Source: Lama glama (lineage: Eukaryota). From it: DNA of 64,000 nucleotides. Below are positions 62,087 through 64,000 of the stretch, piece by piece; positions within the stretch are counted from its first letter, which is position 1, and every line of letters begins with the position of its first letter. A program made the translations under genes and the position numbers. The notes under the pieces were generated by a model. The model searched no databases, had not been told where the DNA came from, and saw nothing but the letters and a program-made list of their open reading frames with translations. The DNA lies in NCBI GenBank assembly GCA_028534125.1, contig CM052818.1:21888001-21952000 (forward strand), written 5' to 3'.

Positions 62087-64000
62087 ACCTTTTCCCAAGA
62101 GGACTGAAGAGAAAGAAATTCCATTCTAATCTGGAAAGTTCTTCCTTCTTTTGACCTAAATCTGACTTCTGGCAGGTTTAGGTCCTAATTTTGCCCTAAG
62201 GAACAATACGTAAGTGACCCCTGCCTTTCTTACCTTCAGCCCTCACCTGCTGGAGCTCACTGTCATGGCTCCCTTTAGTATTTTCTTCTGCACATTGAAT
62301 TTCCCTAGTTCCTCCTCTGTATAGCCTGGTTCTCAGAGATGCTTCCCCACCATAGTCAGCCTGTCCCCCATCTCCCACGTTGATGTGTTTTACAGAACCC
62401 AGGGCCCAGAAGTAACCACTCACCCAGATGTGGTTACAACAGATGGAGCAGATTCCTTCTATTCTCACGTGCACCTATTTTCATGTCAGAATTTTATTTG
62501 ACATAAAGAAGTTAGGGGGATAATATAGTGCTTCAAAGCCTGGTTTTTTAAAAACAGACTGGACTGGTACAAATGCAGGAAAAAAGACTGGAACTGAGCT
62601 ATGGCTCTGCGGGACGTGTTTTATTAACGACCCACGTGGCTTTGAGATACGTATTTGGTAATATCTAGTAGAAGATTTGATCGGCCCTATGTGACTGCTG
62701 GCAGATTCTCCATTTTGGGTCTCAACAACCTTACCAGGAAAATGGGAGTGTTAATTTGATGATATCTAAGCTTATTTGCTTATGATTTCTTCTGCTTTCT
62801 TAGTGGCCCTGTGTTACTCAATACTGAGTGCAACTGCCGAGCTCTGTGACCTACAGATGCGTGGTTGGAACTGCAAGTCCACATTCTCCTCCAGCTCTAC
62901 CTGGAGTGAGGAATTTGGCGAGGTGGCGGGGTGGGAAGAGGGAGGAGGGAGGCTAATCCATGGAGCCCAGGACCAAGAGACCCAGGGCAGCTAAGAGAGG
63001 CAGGACCAACGTCCCACATCTGAGCCAGGCTACACTGGAAATTAGGAGCAGAGGACAAAGGTCTTTTCCCCACTTCCCTTCTTACCTGTCTGTGCCAAGG
63101 CAGGGGACGCTCTTTATGGATGATGGTCTCCCTCTTCTATGTGCACTGCTGTTGGGGTGTCTCTCTCTTCTCCCCAGTGATATCTACTCACAGTGGCATT
63201 TATGAGAGGAGAGAGAGGGTCTCTAGCTGGGTAAGGAAGGGAGCCCTGACCATGCCCCAGAGGCGTCCTAGTGGCCATGTGCCCAGGAGAGCTGAGTCTG
63301 TTTTAACTCTGTCCATCCATCCTGGCCCCTCCACCCCAGTGGGACCCAGAATTTCCACTTTCTTGAGAGTAAAATTACCCTCAGTCCTTTCTTACAGGAC
63401 CAAACCCTACCACTTACAGAGGACTCCAGGAGACAGCACCGCCTTGCTTTTCACAGCTGCTCCGCGGTGATCTCTGACCCTGGGCTGTTCTCTGTTCACT
63501 GAGCTGATTCTTGCTTCAGTCTCCACATCTCTCTGACTCAGCCTCCGCCAGCCCTGGGCTCTCCCTCCTGCCTCCCATGTCCTCAATCCCTGAGTTGTGG
63601 AGCCTTTATGAAATCTTCTCTGATCTAATCTAATCTCCAACAAGCAGCCTCCTTTGCTGCTTTTTCTCTCTGACAAACCCGATTTATTTTGATATGTCGA
63701 CCTTTGGGCCGCTCAGACCGGGCCAGGCTGACCTTTTAGGGGAGCTCGGCTTTTGGGATGCTCAGGAACCCCCTCTCCTGAGGACTGTGTCAGCCTATTC
63801 TGCATCCCATTTGAGCCCATTCTTTTCTAAAAAGGACCTGGGAGGGCAGCCCGTGCTGTGACTAAAGCTGTGAACAGCTCTCCTTTCTTAGGATGTCTTT
63901 CACCCCTCCTGTCTGTCAGGTAAGAGCCAGGGGCCAGAGGCGGGTGACAACCTCAACCATCTGATGTTATCTGACTGATGTTTGATAGTCATTTAGACAC

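Overview
Mammalian genomic DNA, most likely camelid, judged from five copies of a tRNA-derived Vic-1-type SINE. The window is rich in L1, L2, MIR, MaLR/ERV LTRs and hAT elements and has a 500-N assembly gap at 38600-39099. I found no intact protein-coding gene; the ORF track is mostly L1 remnants, chance ORFs and antisense shadows. The main unexplained structure is a chain of about 30 decayed exon-like segments on the + strand (about 4.1-61.7 kb), most with AG/GT splice sites and many with matching phases, all broken by stops or frameshifts. Read by hand, the 11.4-17.6 kb part encodes ANKRD11/12/31-type ankyrin repeats followed by two RAMA-like domains. This suggests an ancient, dead ANKRD31-like paralogue with a tandem-RAMA layout that ANKRD31 lacks. 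A Charlie1a hAT element appears to interrupt the second RAMA exon. Protein comparisons use reference sequences recalled from memory and need HMM/alignment confirmation. Repeat subfamily names are by-eye calls and many boundaries are approximate.
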